NCBI GenBank assembly: GCA_963815115.1
Contig: CAWFFN010000009.1
Span: 1,872,191-1,936,190 of the forward strand
Direction of reading: 5' to 3'
Length of the DNA: 64,000 bases
Source of the DNA: an uncultured delta proteobacterium
Lineage (GTDB): Bacteria; Desulfobacterota; Binatia; DP-6
A program made the position numbers and the translations under genes. Under the pieces are notes generated by a model. It did not search any database, was not told where the DNA came from, and saw nothing but the letters and a program-made list of their open reading frames with translations. Positions 1-8,682 of this stretch are shown here, in pieces (positions within the stretch are counted from its first letter, which is position 1; each line of letters opens with the position of its first letter).

Positions 1-2
1 GA

Positions 3-1301
3 ATCGATCGCGGCGGTCTCCAGCTGGCGTGGGACTTCACGGTCGCCAGCACGCAGAGCACCACTGGCCGGATGCTCAAGATCCGCGACGACGCCTTCAA
101 GGCGCTCGGCAGCAAGGCGCCCACGTTCACCATCACCTCGGTGCAGGAGAACCCGTCGCCGCAATTCCGCCGCCGGGTCCAGGGGACGTTCGAGGTCCCG
201 CTCTACCTCACCGGCGACGGCAGCCCCGGCCAGCGCTTCGCGCTCGGTCCCGACGGGCTTCCGCAGCGCCAGCCGCTTCCGTTCACGGCGACCTTCACGT
301 GCAACCTGCCGAACAGCGCGATTCCCGGGCCGGCGCGCATGAGCATGTACGGTCACGGACTCCTCGGGGACCAGAGCGAGGTCAACGGCTCGCTCGTCCG
401 TCCCATGGCCGCCACCTACAACGTCGCCTACTGCGCCACCGACTGGATCGGCATGGCGGAGGAGGACATCGGCAACGCCATCGCCGTCCTGCAGGACCTC
501 TCGCAGTTTCCGAGCCTGGCCGACCGGCTCCAGCAGGGACTCCTCAACTTCCTCTTCCTCGGCCGGCTGATGAAGCACCCCGATGGCTTCGCCAGCAACG
601 ACGCCTTCACGATCGACGGCGCGCCCGCGCTCAACACCAAGGAGCTGTACTTCGACGGCAACAGTCAGGGCGCCATCCTCGGCGGCTCCCTGTGCGCGGT
701 GGCCCGTGACTTCCGCCGGTGCGTCCTCGCCGAGGCCGGCATGAACTACTCGACCCTGCTGAACCGCAGCGTCGATTTCGACCTCTACAAGCTCGTGCTC
801 GACGGGAGCTATCCGGATCCGTTCACCCAGCTGCTCTCGCTCAACATCGTCCAGATGCTGTGGGATCGCGGTGAGACCAACGGGTACGCCCAGCACCTGA
901 CCCGCAAGTCTCTCCCGCACACGCCGCAGCACACCATCCTGCTGCTCGGCGCCGTCGGCGACCATCAGGTGAGCGAGTTCGCGCTCCAGGTCGAGGCCCG
1001 CACCATCGGTGCCTACGGTCACGTCCCCTACGTCGCGTCCGGCCGCGAGTTCGGCGGCGAGCACGGCTTCGGCATCCCGCCGCTCCCGCCGTCCTCGTGG
1101 CCGCGTTCGGCCTACTTCCTGTTCGACACCGGCTCCCCGCTCTCGCCGCTGGAGAATCGCCCGCCGCGCGACGGTCACGATCCGCACGACGACACCCCGA
1201 AGATCCAGGCGGCGCAGCAGCTGAAGGACATGTTCTGGAGGCCGCGGGGGTTCGTCAACGACGTGTGCAACGGAGGGCCGTGCACCGGGCCGCAGTTCTG
1301 A
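3..1301 (+). CDS. alpha/beta-hydrolase-fold protein (lipase-like), 5'-truncated by window edge
   Basis: Frame is open from the window start (IDRGGLQLAWDFTVAS...). YGHGLLG oxyanion-type motif, GNSQG nucleophile elbow, C-terminal DPH. Confidence 0.7.
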   Translation: MDRGGLQLAWDFTVASTQSTTGRMLKIRDDAFKALGSKAPTFTITSVQENPSPQFRRRVQGTFEVPLYLTGDGSPGQRFALGPDGLPQRQPLPFTATFTCNLPNSAIPGPARMSMYGHGLLGDQSEVNGSLVRPMAATYNVAYCATDWIGMAEEDIGNAIAVLQDLSQFPSLADRLQQGLLNFLFLGRLMKHPDGFASNDAFTIDGAPALNTKELYFDGNSQGAILGGSLCAVARDFRRCVLAEAGMNYSTLLNRSVDFDLYKLVLDGSYPDPFTQLLSLNIVQMLWDRGETNGYAQHLTRKSLPHTPQHTILLLGAVGDHQVSEFALQVEARTIGAYGHVPYVASGREFGGEHGFGIPPLPPSSWPRSAYFLFDTGSPLSPLENRPPRDGHDPHDDTPKIQAAQQLKDMFWRPRGFVNDVCNGGPCTGPQF

Positions 1302-1540
1302 GGCGGGAGCGCGCCGTCCCGCTCGCCCATGCCAGCGACGCGATCGCGTACATGGCGAGCGGGAACGACTAGTGGAATCACACTGCCCGCGCGTTGGAGC
1401 GGTTCCGCGCACGCCTGCGCGGCTGTGGACGAGGGATCGGTGGTCGTGAAGGCAGGAACGGCGATCGTCGCGGCAGTGAGCGCGACCAGCGCCCAGAACA
1501 GGATCGGCAACGCGTGCTTCGGCTCGATCGAGTGATCCAC
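1175..1540 (-). CDS. small putative membrane/secreted protein (3' end uncertain)
   Basis: GTG at 1540, hydrophobic stretch ALPILFWALVALTAATIAVPAF, directly downstream of an ECF-like promoter motif. Overlaps the end of the upstream + gene by 127 nt. Confidence 0.4.
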   Translation of the reverse strand: MDHSIEPKHALPILFWALVALTAATIAVPAFTTTDPSSTAAQACAEPLQRAGSVIPLVVPARHVRDRVAGMGERDGALPPQNCGPVHGPPLHTSLTNPRGLQNMSFSCCAAWIFGVSSCGS

Positions 1541-1556
1541 GGTCGTCGAGCGTCGG

Positions 1557-1583
1557 TACGCCACCGCACGCCGCACCGGATCT
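1557..1583 (-). promoter_or_regulatory. ECF-type promoter motif AGATCC-N17-CGTA
   Basis: Minus strand reads agatcc ggtgcggcgtgcggtgg cgta, 16 nt before GTG 1540. Same motif and spacing occur at three other nearby genes. Confidence 0.6.
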
Positions 1584-1598
1584 GGCGGCGTGCGGCGG
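1561..1598. terminator. GC-rich inverted repeat (terminator or operator) overlapping the promoter
   Basis: ccaccgcacgccgc (1561-1574) and gcggcgtgcggcgg (1585-1598) pair at 13/14 positions. Lies 40 nt downstream of the ATPase stop. No U-tract. Confidence 0.4.
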
Positions 1599-1638
1599 CG
1601 CCGGATCCCCGACTGCCGGACGTCACGGTGTGACGGGT

Positions 1639-4600
1639 TCAGACGATCCAGCGGACGGGACGTGACGAATCGCACAGGTAGATGCAGCGCGTCCCGGTCC
1701 GGATGCGGACGAGCAGATGCTCGGCGAGCGCGGGCATCTGCGGCGAGATGCGGCGCAGCGCACCCCGGATCCGCTGCGTCACCGTCGAGCGCGCGCGCTC
1801 TGCAGCCGCCGGATCGGCACCGTCCAGGTCCGCGCCTTCGGCAGCGAGATCGAGCGCAAGAAGCGGCTCGCCGGCGCAGGCGAGCAACCGGGCCAGGTAG
1901 CGCAAACCCTTGGTGTCGCGCATGCGGGCGACCTGGCCATTCCAGCCGAGTGTCCACACCTCGCCGTCGCGCAGGAGGATGCCAGTGCTGGGCGCGACCT
2001 GCGGCGAGGACGTCGCGACGTGCCCGGCCGGAGCGCGCCCGCGGGCGGCGAGCTCGAGTCCGACGGCGCGCTCGAGCACGACGGGCATGCCGAGCCTGTC
2101 GGCGATGTCCACCGCCGCCGCCGCCAGGGTCGCGGCTCGCGACCGGTCGCCCGGGCCGTTGCGCGCGAGCAGCAGCTCCGCCCAGTGGCAGCGCGTGCGC
2201 GCCGTCCACGGCACGGCGCCGAGGCCCTCGTCGAATGCCAGCGCTGCCGCGAAGTGATGCTCCGCCTCGTCGACGCCCCCGAGCTCGCCCGCGAGGAGGC
2301 CGAGGTACGTCGCGCTGCATCCCCAGTAGGCGGCGAGGTGGCCCAGCACGACGGCGCGCGTACCGTACGGCGCCAGCCGTGCGTGCAGGACGCGTGCGGC
2401 GCCGGTGTCGTGCAGGAGCGCGCTGAGCTCGGCGAGCATCGTCACGGTCGGAAGAAGGAATCCGTCGGGGGCGAGCCGATCGAGGTCGCGGGCGACCAGT
2501 CGCCTGAGCGCCTCGCGTGCCTCCGGCACGCGTCCGATCTGGGCATGGAGGAGGGCGAGCCCCGCCTCGCACAGGAAGCGGCGGGGATGGGAATCGATCT
2601 GGAGGCCCATCTGCGGCTCCATCTCCGCCAGCCGTCCCTGCTCCCGCCGCAGCACGCTGCGCTGGCCGAACACGACGCTCGCGACGTCGTGGTCGGGGCG
2701 CACGCGTCCCGCGAGCGCCGAGACCGTGTCGATGGCACGGTCGGCGTCGGCGAGCTGTCCCCGCATGAGCAGCTCGAACCCGCGCAGGATCGCCCTCCAG
2801 TACTCGACGTCGATCGGCAGCCGCTCGCCGAGTCGGGCGTCGTGCAGCAGACGGCGGGCACCGCGTAGATCGCCCTGCTCGACCAGGTCGACCAGCACCT
2901 GGAAGATCGCGGCGACCACCTTGTCGGGGTCGCCGAGCGCGCGTGCCGCGCGCAACGTTTCGCGCGCCAGCGCCTGGCGCTCCTGGAGATCGACGGAGCC
3001 GAGCAGACCCCAGTGCCGGCTGGTTCCCGCGGCCGCGATCGCGCTGCGATCCCCCGAGTCGCGCGCCAGGGCGAGCGCCTGCGCGCTGAGCGCGTCGTGG
3101 GCACCTGCGTCGCCCCCGGCGAGTCCCTCGAGGGCGAGCTTCGCGAGCACCCGGGCGCGCAACGCGGGAGCGCGATCGCCCAGCGTGTCGAGGGTCGCTT
3201 CGAGAAGTCTGACATGCTCGCGGTCGACACCGAGGCTCAGCGAGAACTGCCCGCCACGAAACTGCAGCGCGGCACGAACGAGAACATCGGGCAGGGCGAG
3301 GTGCGCCGCGAGATCGGCCGCTGCGAGGACCGCACGCCGCGCGGCCTCCGCATCTCCCGCCCGCGAACGTGCCTCGCCCAGCGCGAGGAGCAGCTCGGCC
3401 CGCTTCCTCGCGTCGACGGGCGGTGCCAGCTCGAGCGCGTCCAGGGCGCCGCCGAAGTGACGGCCGGCATCCTCCCATTCCCAGCGCGCGTTCGCCTGCG
3501 CCGCCGCGCGCTCCGACCAGGCAGCGGCCTGACCGGCGCAACCGATCGTCGCCGCGAGGAAGAAATGGCGCGCGATGGCTGCCGCAGGAGGGTCGGTCGC
3601 TTGCGTGTGGAGGGCGACGAGGGCCCCGGCGACGGCGTGGTGGAGGCGCGCTCGCGTGCGACCGTCGAGCTCGTCGTACAGCGCTTCCTGGATGAGACCG
3701 TGAGTGAATCTCCACCGTCCCGGCCGCCCGGGCCGCTCGTCCAGGATTCCCTCGCGCACCGCCTCGTCGAGGAGCGCGAGCACGTCGACGCTCGACGGCG
3801 CGACGACGCGCTCCACGACCGGCTGTGCGCACTCTTCTCCGATGACCGCGATCAGCCGCAGCAGACAGGTGCAATCGGGCGACACGTGCGCCAGGCGCCG
3901 GCGGGCGACGGCGCGCACGCCGTCGGGGATCACGGGCGCTCCGTCTTTCCGCCCGAGGAGCTCGATCAGCTCACCGATGAAGAACGGATTGCCCCCGCTC
4001 CGCCTCGCGAGGGCGGCGACGATCGAGGAATCCGCCGCACCACCCGCCGCGACGGCCACCCAGCTGGCGATGGCCGCTTCGTCGAGGCCGGCGAGGGGGA
4101 TCCTGCGCGTGGCAGGTACCCGATGCATCGTGTCGGGGGACGCGAGCTCGCCCGTCCGGATCGTGCCGACGATCGCGAGCCGCGTTCCTTCGAGCCGTGC
4201 GGCCAACGACCGGAGCAACGCGAGTGACCCCGGGTCCGTCGCGTGCAGGTCGTCGAGGACGATGAGCAGCGGACCCCGCGCTGCGGTCTCACAGACGCTC
4301 CGCACCCATTCGGCGGGATCGGGCGAGCCGGGTTCGGAGTCACGCGAGGGGTGTCCGGCTCGCAGCGCCGTCAATCCGCGCATCACCTGGAGCCACGGCC
4401 CGTACTCCGTCGGGTCATCCTCGACCGCCGAAGCCCACAGGACGTCGAATCCGCGGTCTCTGGCCGTCGCCGCCAGCGCCTGCGCCGTGCGCGTCTTGCC
4501 GATGCCGTCCTCGCCCGTGAGCAGGACGAGCCGTCCATCGCCTTCCGCGGCCGCTGCCAGCTCCGCTCGCAACGTCGCGAGCTCGCGCTCCCGACCCACG

Positions 4601-4716
4601 AACGGCCGCGCGGGGGCTGACGGGGCGAGCGGGGGTGGCACCGCGTGCAGCGCGGACACATCCTCGTCGCTCCAGGGCGTTCGAGCGCGCTCCGGGGCGA
4701 GTTCCGCCGTGTGCAT
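1639..4716 (-). CDS. STAND/AAA ATPase transcriptional regulator with TPR-like helical region and C-terminal atypical HTH
   Basis: PFVGRERE, Walker A GEDGIGKT, Walker B LLIVLDDLH, GGNPFF, FTHGLIQEALY, C-terminal KGLRYLARLL...ERARSTVT...IRTG. ATG 4716 has upstream gaaggg. Confidence 0.85.
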   Translation of the reverse strand: MHTAELAPERARTPWSDEDVSALHAVPPPLAPSAPARPFVGRERELATLRAELAAAAEGDGRLVLLTGEDGIGKTRTAQALAATARDRGFDVLWASAVEDDPTEYGPWLQVMRGLTALRAGHPSRDSEPGSPDPAEWVRSVCETAARGPLLIVLDDLHATDPGSLALLRSLAARLEGTRLAIVGTIRTGELASPDTMHRVPATRRIPLAGLDEAAIASWVAVAAGGAADSSIVAALARRSGGNPFFIGELIELLGRKDGAPVIPDGVRAVARRRLAHVSPDCTCLLRLIAVIGEECAQPVVERVVAPSSVDVLALLDEAVREGILDERPGRPGRWRFTHGLIQEALYDELDGRTRARLHHAVAGALVALHTQATDPPAAAIARHFFLAATIGCAGQAAAWSERAAAQANARWEWEDAGRHFGGALDALELAPPVDARKRAELLLALGEARSRAGDAEAARRAVLAAADLAAHLALPDVLVRAALQFRGGQFSLSLGVDREHVRLLEATLDTLGDRAPALRARVLAKLALEGLAGGDAGAHDALSAQALALARDSGDRSAIAAAGTSRHWGLLGSVDLQERQALARETLRAARALGDPDKVVAAIFQVLVDLVEQGDLRGARRLLHDARLGERLPIDVEYWRAILRGFELLMRGQLADADRAIDTVSALAGRVRPDHDVASVVFGQRSVLRREQGRLAEMEPQMGLQIDSHPRRFLCEAGLALLHAQIGRVPEAREALRRLVARDLDRLAPDGFLLPTVTMLAELSALLHDTGAARVLHARLAPYGTRAVVLGHLAAYWGCSATYLGLLAGELGGVDEAEHHFAAALAFDEGLGAVPWTARTRCHWAELLLARNGPGDRSRAATLAAAAVDIADRLGMPVVLERAVGLELAARGRAPAGHVATSSPQVAPSTGILLRDGEVWTLGWNGQVARMRDTKGLRYLARLLACAGEPLLALDLAAEGADLDGADPAAAERARSTVTQRIRGALRRISPQMPALAEHLLVRIRTGTRCIYLCDSSRPVRWIV

Positions 4717-4731
4717 GTTGCCCTTCGGCGG

Positions 4732-4758
4732 TACGACGGCAGGAGACGCTTCGGATCT
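4732..4758 (-). promoter_or_regulatory. ECF-type promoter motif AGATCC-N17-CGTA
   Basis: Minus strand reads agatcc gaagcgtctcctgccgt cgta, then ccgccgaagggcaacATG. Confidence 0.65.
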
Positions 4759-5177
4759 GTGAGCGGACGGACCTGGCGATGCTGAGTGCCGGGCGGCGGC
4801 GCGGACCGCGCTCCCCCTACGCGGCCGCGCCGGGCCGCCCGTCACGGCTCGCCGAGATGCAACGCATGCCCCCGAGATCGGGCGCGTCCGTCCCCCTCCG
4901 GCGGGAGCTCGTGCTGCGCGACGACGCCGCGACGGAGGCGGCGCTCGGAGCTACCCCACGGACGCGCGTGCCGGTCGGATGACGATCGCATGTTCCTCCG
5001 TACGCGACCCCGCTGAGACGCAGATGGGCGAGGACAGGGCGCGATTCGCGCCGCTCAGTCGAACCCGACTCGCCCGTGTCACGAATGGGTCCCGAGAGGC
5101 GGGGACATCACGTCGTGACGCCGCGGGGCCGCTCTGGCAGGGGTCCGTTGGAGGGCGTCGGACGTGGCGCACCGGAC

Positions 5178-5204
5178 AGATCTGGTTGCCGACAAACCGT
5201 CGTA
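5178..5204 (+). promoter_or_regulatory. ECF-type autoregulatory promoter motif AGATCT-N17-CGTA
   Basis: agatct ggttgccgacaaaccgt cgta, then gtggtctatagaagggcaatcGTG of the sigma gene. Confidence 0.65.
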
Positions 5205-5225
5205 GTGGTCTATAGAAGGGCAATC

Positions 5226-5822
5226 GTGGAGGCGAAGCAGGTTCTGGTCCTCCAGCCGCAACCGGACGATCTCGCGAGCCTCATCGCGCGGACGGCCCGC
5301 GGCGATGAGGTCGCGCTGGCGGACCTCTATGACCAGACGTGTGCGACGGTCTACGGGCTCGCCCTCCGCATTGCCCGGGACCGCCCGACGGCGGAAGAGG
5401 TGACTGCGGACGTGTATCTGCAGGTGTGGCGGCAGGCCGCGCGATTCGACCCCGCGAGGGGGACGCCGCTCTCCTGGTTGCTCGTGCTGACGCGCAGCCG
5501 CGCCATCGAGCAGCTGCGCGCCCGTGCCCGGCAGCTCGAGGAGCCCGGACATATGGACGAGATGCCGGAGAGGGCGGAGGAGGGACCCGGCCCGGAGGAG
5601 CAGTCCGCGGCGGCGCAGCGCCGTCGCCTCGTCCGCCGCGCGCTGATGGAGCTCCCGCACGAGCAGCACCAGGTGATCGAGCGGGCGTACTTCCTCGGCC
5701 TGAGCCACGCCGAGATCGCCGTGATGCTCGGCGAGCCGCTCGGTACCGTGAAGACGCGTATCCGTCTCGCGATGGTCCGCCTGCGCTCGGCGCTCGCGAT
5801 GGTGCGTGAGGGGGCTCTCTGA
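5226..5822 (+). CDS. ECF RNA polymerase sigma factor (SigK/RpoE-ChrR-like)
   Basis: Region 2 AEEVTADVYLQVWRQAARFDPARG..SWL and region 4 GLSHAEIA..LGEPLGTVKTRIRLAM. GTG start after gaaggg. Confidence 0.92.
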   Translation: MEAKQVLVLQPQPDDLASLIARTARGDEVALADLYDQTCATVYGLALRIARDRPTAEEVTADVYLQVWRQAARFDPARGTPLSWLLVLTRSRAIEQLRARARQLEEPGHMDEMPERAEEGPGPEEQSAAAQRRRLVRRALMELPHEQHQVIERAYFLGLSHAEIAVMLGEPLGTVKTRIRLAMVRLRSALAMVREGAL

Positions 5823-6364
5823 GCCAGCCTCACTGCAGCTTCGCCGATGCCGTGGCGCTGCACGCCCTCGGTGCCCTCGATCCCACCAGTGCCGACGCGT
5901 TGCGGGCGCACGTCGAGGCAGGGTGCGTCGCGTGCCGGTCCGACGCCGAGGGTTTTGGCGCCGTGGCGCGCGACCTGGCGTTCGACGCCGTGCCCGAGAG
6001 GCCCGACCCCGGGCTGCGCGCCCGCGTGCTCGGCCGTGCCCGCGCCGACGTGGTGCAGCGCGAGCCGGCGAGCGCATCCTCGCGCACATGGCGTGAGGTC
6101 CGGAGCGGAATCTGGCGCCACGTCGTCGAGGCGTCGCCGCGCGGGCGCTCGTACCTGATCCGGATGGCACCGGGTGCGGCCTCGGGACCCCACGTGCACC
6201 GCGTGCGCGAGGAGTGCTGGGTGCTCTCGGGCGACGTCCGGGTGGAGGCTCAGCTCTTGCGTGCGGGGGAGTCGTGCCGGACGGAGGCGGGTGCGGTGCA
6301 TGAGGGAAGTGCGAGCGCCGGTGGGTGTTTGCTGCTGATCGTCGAGGAGGCCGCGGCGGGGTAG
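5819..6364 (+). CDS. anti-sigma factor, zinc-finger (HxxxxCxxC) plus cupin, ChrR-like
   Basis: HALGAL..HVEAGCVAC zinc anti-sigma motif and cupin LIRMAPG..HVH..EECWVLSG..GAVH. No TM segment. Start is CTG 5819 overlapping the sigma TGA, or GTG 5852. Confidence 0.85.
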   Translation: MSQPHCSFADAVALHALGALDPTSADALRAHVEAGCVACRSDAEGFGAVARDLAFDAVPERPDPGLRARVLGRARADVVQREPASASSRTWREVRSGIWRHVVEASPRGRSYLIRMAPGAASGPHVHRVREECWVLSGDVRVEAQLLRAGESCRTEAGAVHEGSASAGGCLLLIVEEAAAG

Positions 6365-6452
6365 GGCGCGGGGCCGTCGCGTTCGTGAGGGCGCCGGCGG
6401 CGTCGCCGATGCGACTGAGGTGCTCGGCCCGTTCACCCTCGATGCGCCCCCG

Positions 6453-6493
6453 AGAACAAACGCGGGCCGCAGGGTGTTTCCCTGCGACCCGCG
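6453..6493 (-). terminator. rho-independent terminator of the DUF4394 gene
   Basis: 14-bp stem 6461-6474 / 6480-6493 (13/14 match) followed on the minus strand by tttgttct. Confidence 0.65.
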
Positions 6494-6521
6494 CGGTGTT
6501 CGGATCGGGTGGTGGCTCGGA

Positions 6522-7438
6522 TCAGTTCTGGCCGAGCGGCAGCGCGACGTCCACGACCTGGTCGTTGAACGGGTCGAGCAGAGTCGCCTGCCCGGTCTGG
6601 AAGTTCACGCTGTAGAAGCCGGAGCCGTCGCTCGTGTTGAGCACGCCGAATCCCCGGTTGTCGACCGCCACCCCGCCCACCACGACGCTGTAGATGTCGA
6701 GGCCGGCGGCGAGCCCGGCGTCGACGCCGAGGCTACCGGTGGGGACGAGGTTGGCGGCGACGCCCCCGGGAATGCCGTTGGGTGGCGACTGCACGACGAC
6801 CTGGTCCTGGTCGTGGCGACGTCGTAGAGCGTGGTCCCGGTGCTCGTGGCGAGGTCGTTGTTGGTGTAGGCCGCGGCGGTCACGCCCGTGGCGGTGACCA
6901 CCAACGTGCCCGCCATGATCGTGAGCGGCGCATCGTTGATCGTCACGCCACCCGCATTGACGTTGTGACGCAGGTTCTGGCCGGTGTTGCTCAGGACCCG
7001 GAGCCGGTCGGCCGCCGGGTTGAAGTCGACCGCGAACGACGTCGCCGCGGGATCGAGCGGCACCGTCAGCTGGTTCACGAACGTCGCCTGTCCGGTGTTC
7101 GGATCGATCGTGTACACGCCGCCGCCGTTTCCGACGCCGTAGAGCTTGCCGTCCTGCACGCGGAAGTCGATGCCGATGAGCGCGCTGTCCGGGCTGCCGA
7201 GGCCCGTGACGAACCCGACGACCTCCGCCTTGTCGGCCGAGCTCGTGGGAAAGCACAGCAGGCGGCCATCGGCGGTGAGGCCGACGGCCCTCAGGCTCTT
7301 GATCCGCGCGCTGCGACCCTTGCCGGTGTTGCTCACGCAGTTCCGTGCGGCGAATGCCTCGCCTCCGCCGAGCAGCAGCGCGATCGCGCCGGCGATGGCG
7401 GCGCGCTGGATGGTGGACCCGGTTCTTCCATTGATCAT
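6522..7438 (-). CDS. secreted DUF4394-family protein, frameshifted at ~6810 (probable single-base deletion)
   Basis: Signal peptide, LIGIDFRVQDGKLYG, VDFNPAADRLRV, GQNLR, AAAYTN. Continues in another frame as QDQVVVQSPPNG...DVALPL. One extra C in acg acc (c)ag restores a single ORF. Confidence 0.8.
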
Positions 7439-7495
7439 GATCGTTTGTCTCCCCTGCCGGCCAGGGGTCGCGCCCCCGGCGTCGGCACCCGTCCC

Positions 7496-7522
7496 TACGC
7501 GACGAGTGGAGAGGACGGATGG
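7496..7522 (-). promoter_or_regulatory. ECF-type promoter motif CCATCC-N17-CGTA
   Basis: Minus strand reads ccatcc gtcctctccactcgtcg cgta, about 58 nt upstream of the DUF4394 ATG. Confidence 0.6.
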
Positions 7523-7610
7523 AGCTCCAAGGGGAGCGTCACGATGTGACGCGTTCGCCGCTCGATCGTGGTTGCAGCCCTGCGCCGCGTGGGCGGTCCT
7601 GGCTGCTCGT

Positions 7611-8669
7611 CTAGCCGGCGACGCGCGCCGTGCTCGGATCGTTGCGGTCGTCGCGCCAGGGCGGATGGTTGAAGTGCACGACGTGGTCGCCATTGTAGGA
7701 GGCGACGGCGTCGTCGAAGGTCATCGTGCCGACCTGGCGCCAGCCGGTGATCTCGCGGCGCTCCTTGAGCGGGCTGCCGCGCGTCACGCCCTCGTCGGAG
7801 GTCTCGATGCGAAAGGTCAGGGTGCGCTTCGGCTCGGGATCGCCGGGGTCGAAGATCTGGGCCATGATCTCGTCGCGGAAATCGAGGCTGTCGCCCGGGA
7901 TGATGGGCTGATCGGGGACGACGGAGAGCTGCATGAACTCGGGCGCGCGGGTCCGCTCGCGCGTCGGCTTGCCGAGCTCGGCGAGCTGGTACACCTGGCG
8001 AGCGGACGGTCTCTTGTCGGCGAGCATGAGCACGATTGCCGTCGCCAGCAGCACTGGCAATCCGCTGCCACGGCGGAAGGCCGTGGTGTTCGGCGCATTG
8101 CGAAGGACGGCCTGGTTGATGCTGGCACTGTCGTCGCCGCCGATGTCCTGCTGGGTGATGAAGCTGGCCGTCGGCAGCGGCTCGGGATGCCGGGGATCCG
8201 TCGTCGGATAGACCCGTCCCACGAGGGCCAGCGATCGGGTGTGCCCCCTGCGGGTCTCGGTGCAGCAGGTCGAGTAGCGCGCGACGATCAAGCCACGGCT
8301 GCCCTTCCGGAAGAAGCCGGTGTAGGGGGTCTCGTCGGTGATCTGCCACATCCCGGTCAAGCAGATGCCGTTGGGATGCAGGAGCCGGCGGTAGCCCTTG
8401 CCGTCCGGTCCCCAGCGCAGGTCGGCCTGCGAGGCCACGGAGCGGCGCGCGGCGGAGAGAAACTGCCACGGCTTGCCGAACGGGAGGACGCCGCGCAGCA
8501 CGCTTCCGAGGGTCACCGGAAACCTCTCGAGAGGCGGCTCGCCGACCGCCCCCCAAACCTTCTGGTAGGGGTTGGCGAAGATCGCATCGCGGACCGTGGC
8601 GAACCGCGACCCGGAGAACCGCCGGTCCTCCTCGGTCAGGCCCTCGATGCCGAGCGATTCTCCGCTCAT
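7611..8669 (-). CDS. small catalase-like-fold protein
   Basis: RRLLHPNGICLTG..W.I....G.F......IVARYS resembles the catalase distal-His/beta-barrel motif RxxHxKG...ARFS. Late VGTMTF...HFNH. RBS gagagg. Confidence 0.6.
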   Translation of the reverse strand: MSGESLGIEGLTEEDRRFSGSRFATVRDAIFANPYQKVWGAVGEPPLERFPVTLGSVLRGVLPFGKPWQFLSAARRSVASQADLRWGPDGKGYRRLLHPNGICLTGMWQITDETPYTGFFRKGSRGLIVARYSTCCTETRRGHTRSLALVGRVYPTTDPRHPEPLPTASFITQQDIGGDDSASINQAVLRNAPNTTAFRRGSGLPVLLATAIVLMLADKRPSARQVYQLAELGKPTRERTRAPEFMQLSVVPDQPIIPGDSLDFRDEIMAQIFDPGDPEPKRTLTFRIETSDEGVTRGSPLKERREITGWRQVGTMTFDDAVASYNGDHVVHFNHPPWRDDRNDPSTARVAG

Positions 8670-8682
8670 CCTCTCCCTCTCG

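Noticed and set aside
1175-3874. 899-aa ORF and the many other long Arg/Ala/Pro-rich overlapping ORFs (e.g. 10577-13333, 23890-26568, 31886-35026, 40138-42684, 50651-54148)
   Set aside because: Shadow frames of real genes in very GC-rich DNA, where stop codons are rare. They have no recognisable motifs.
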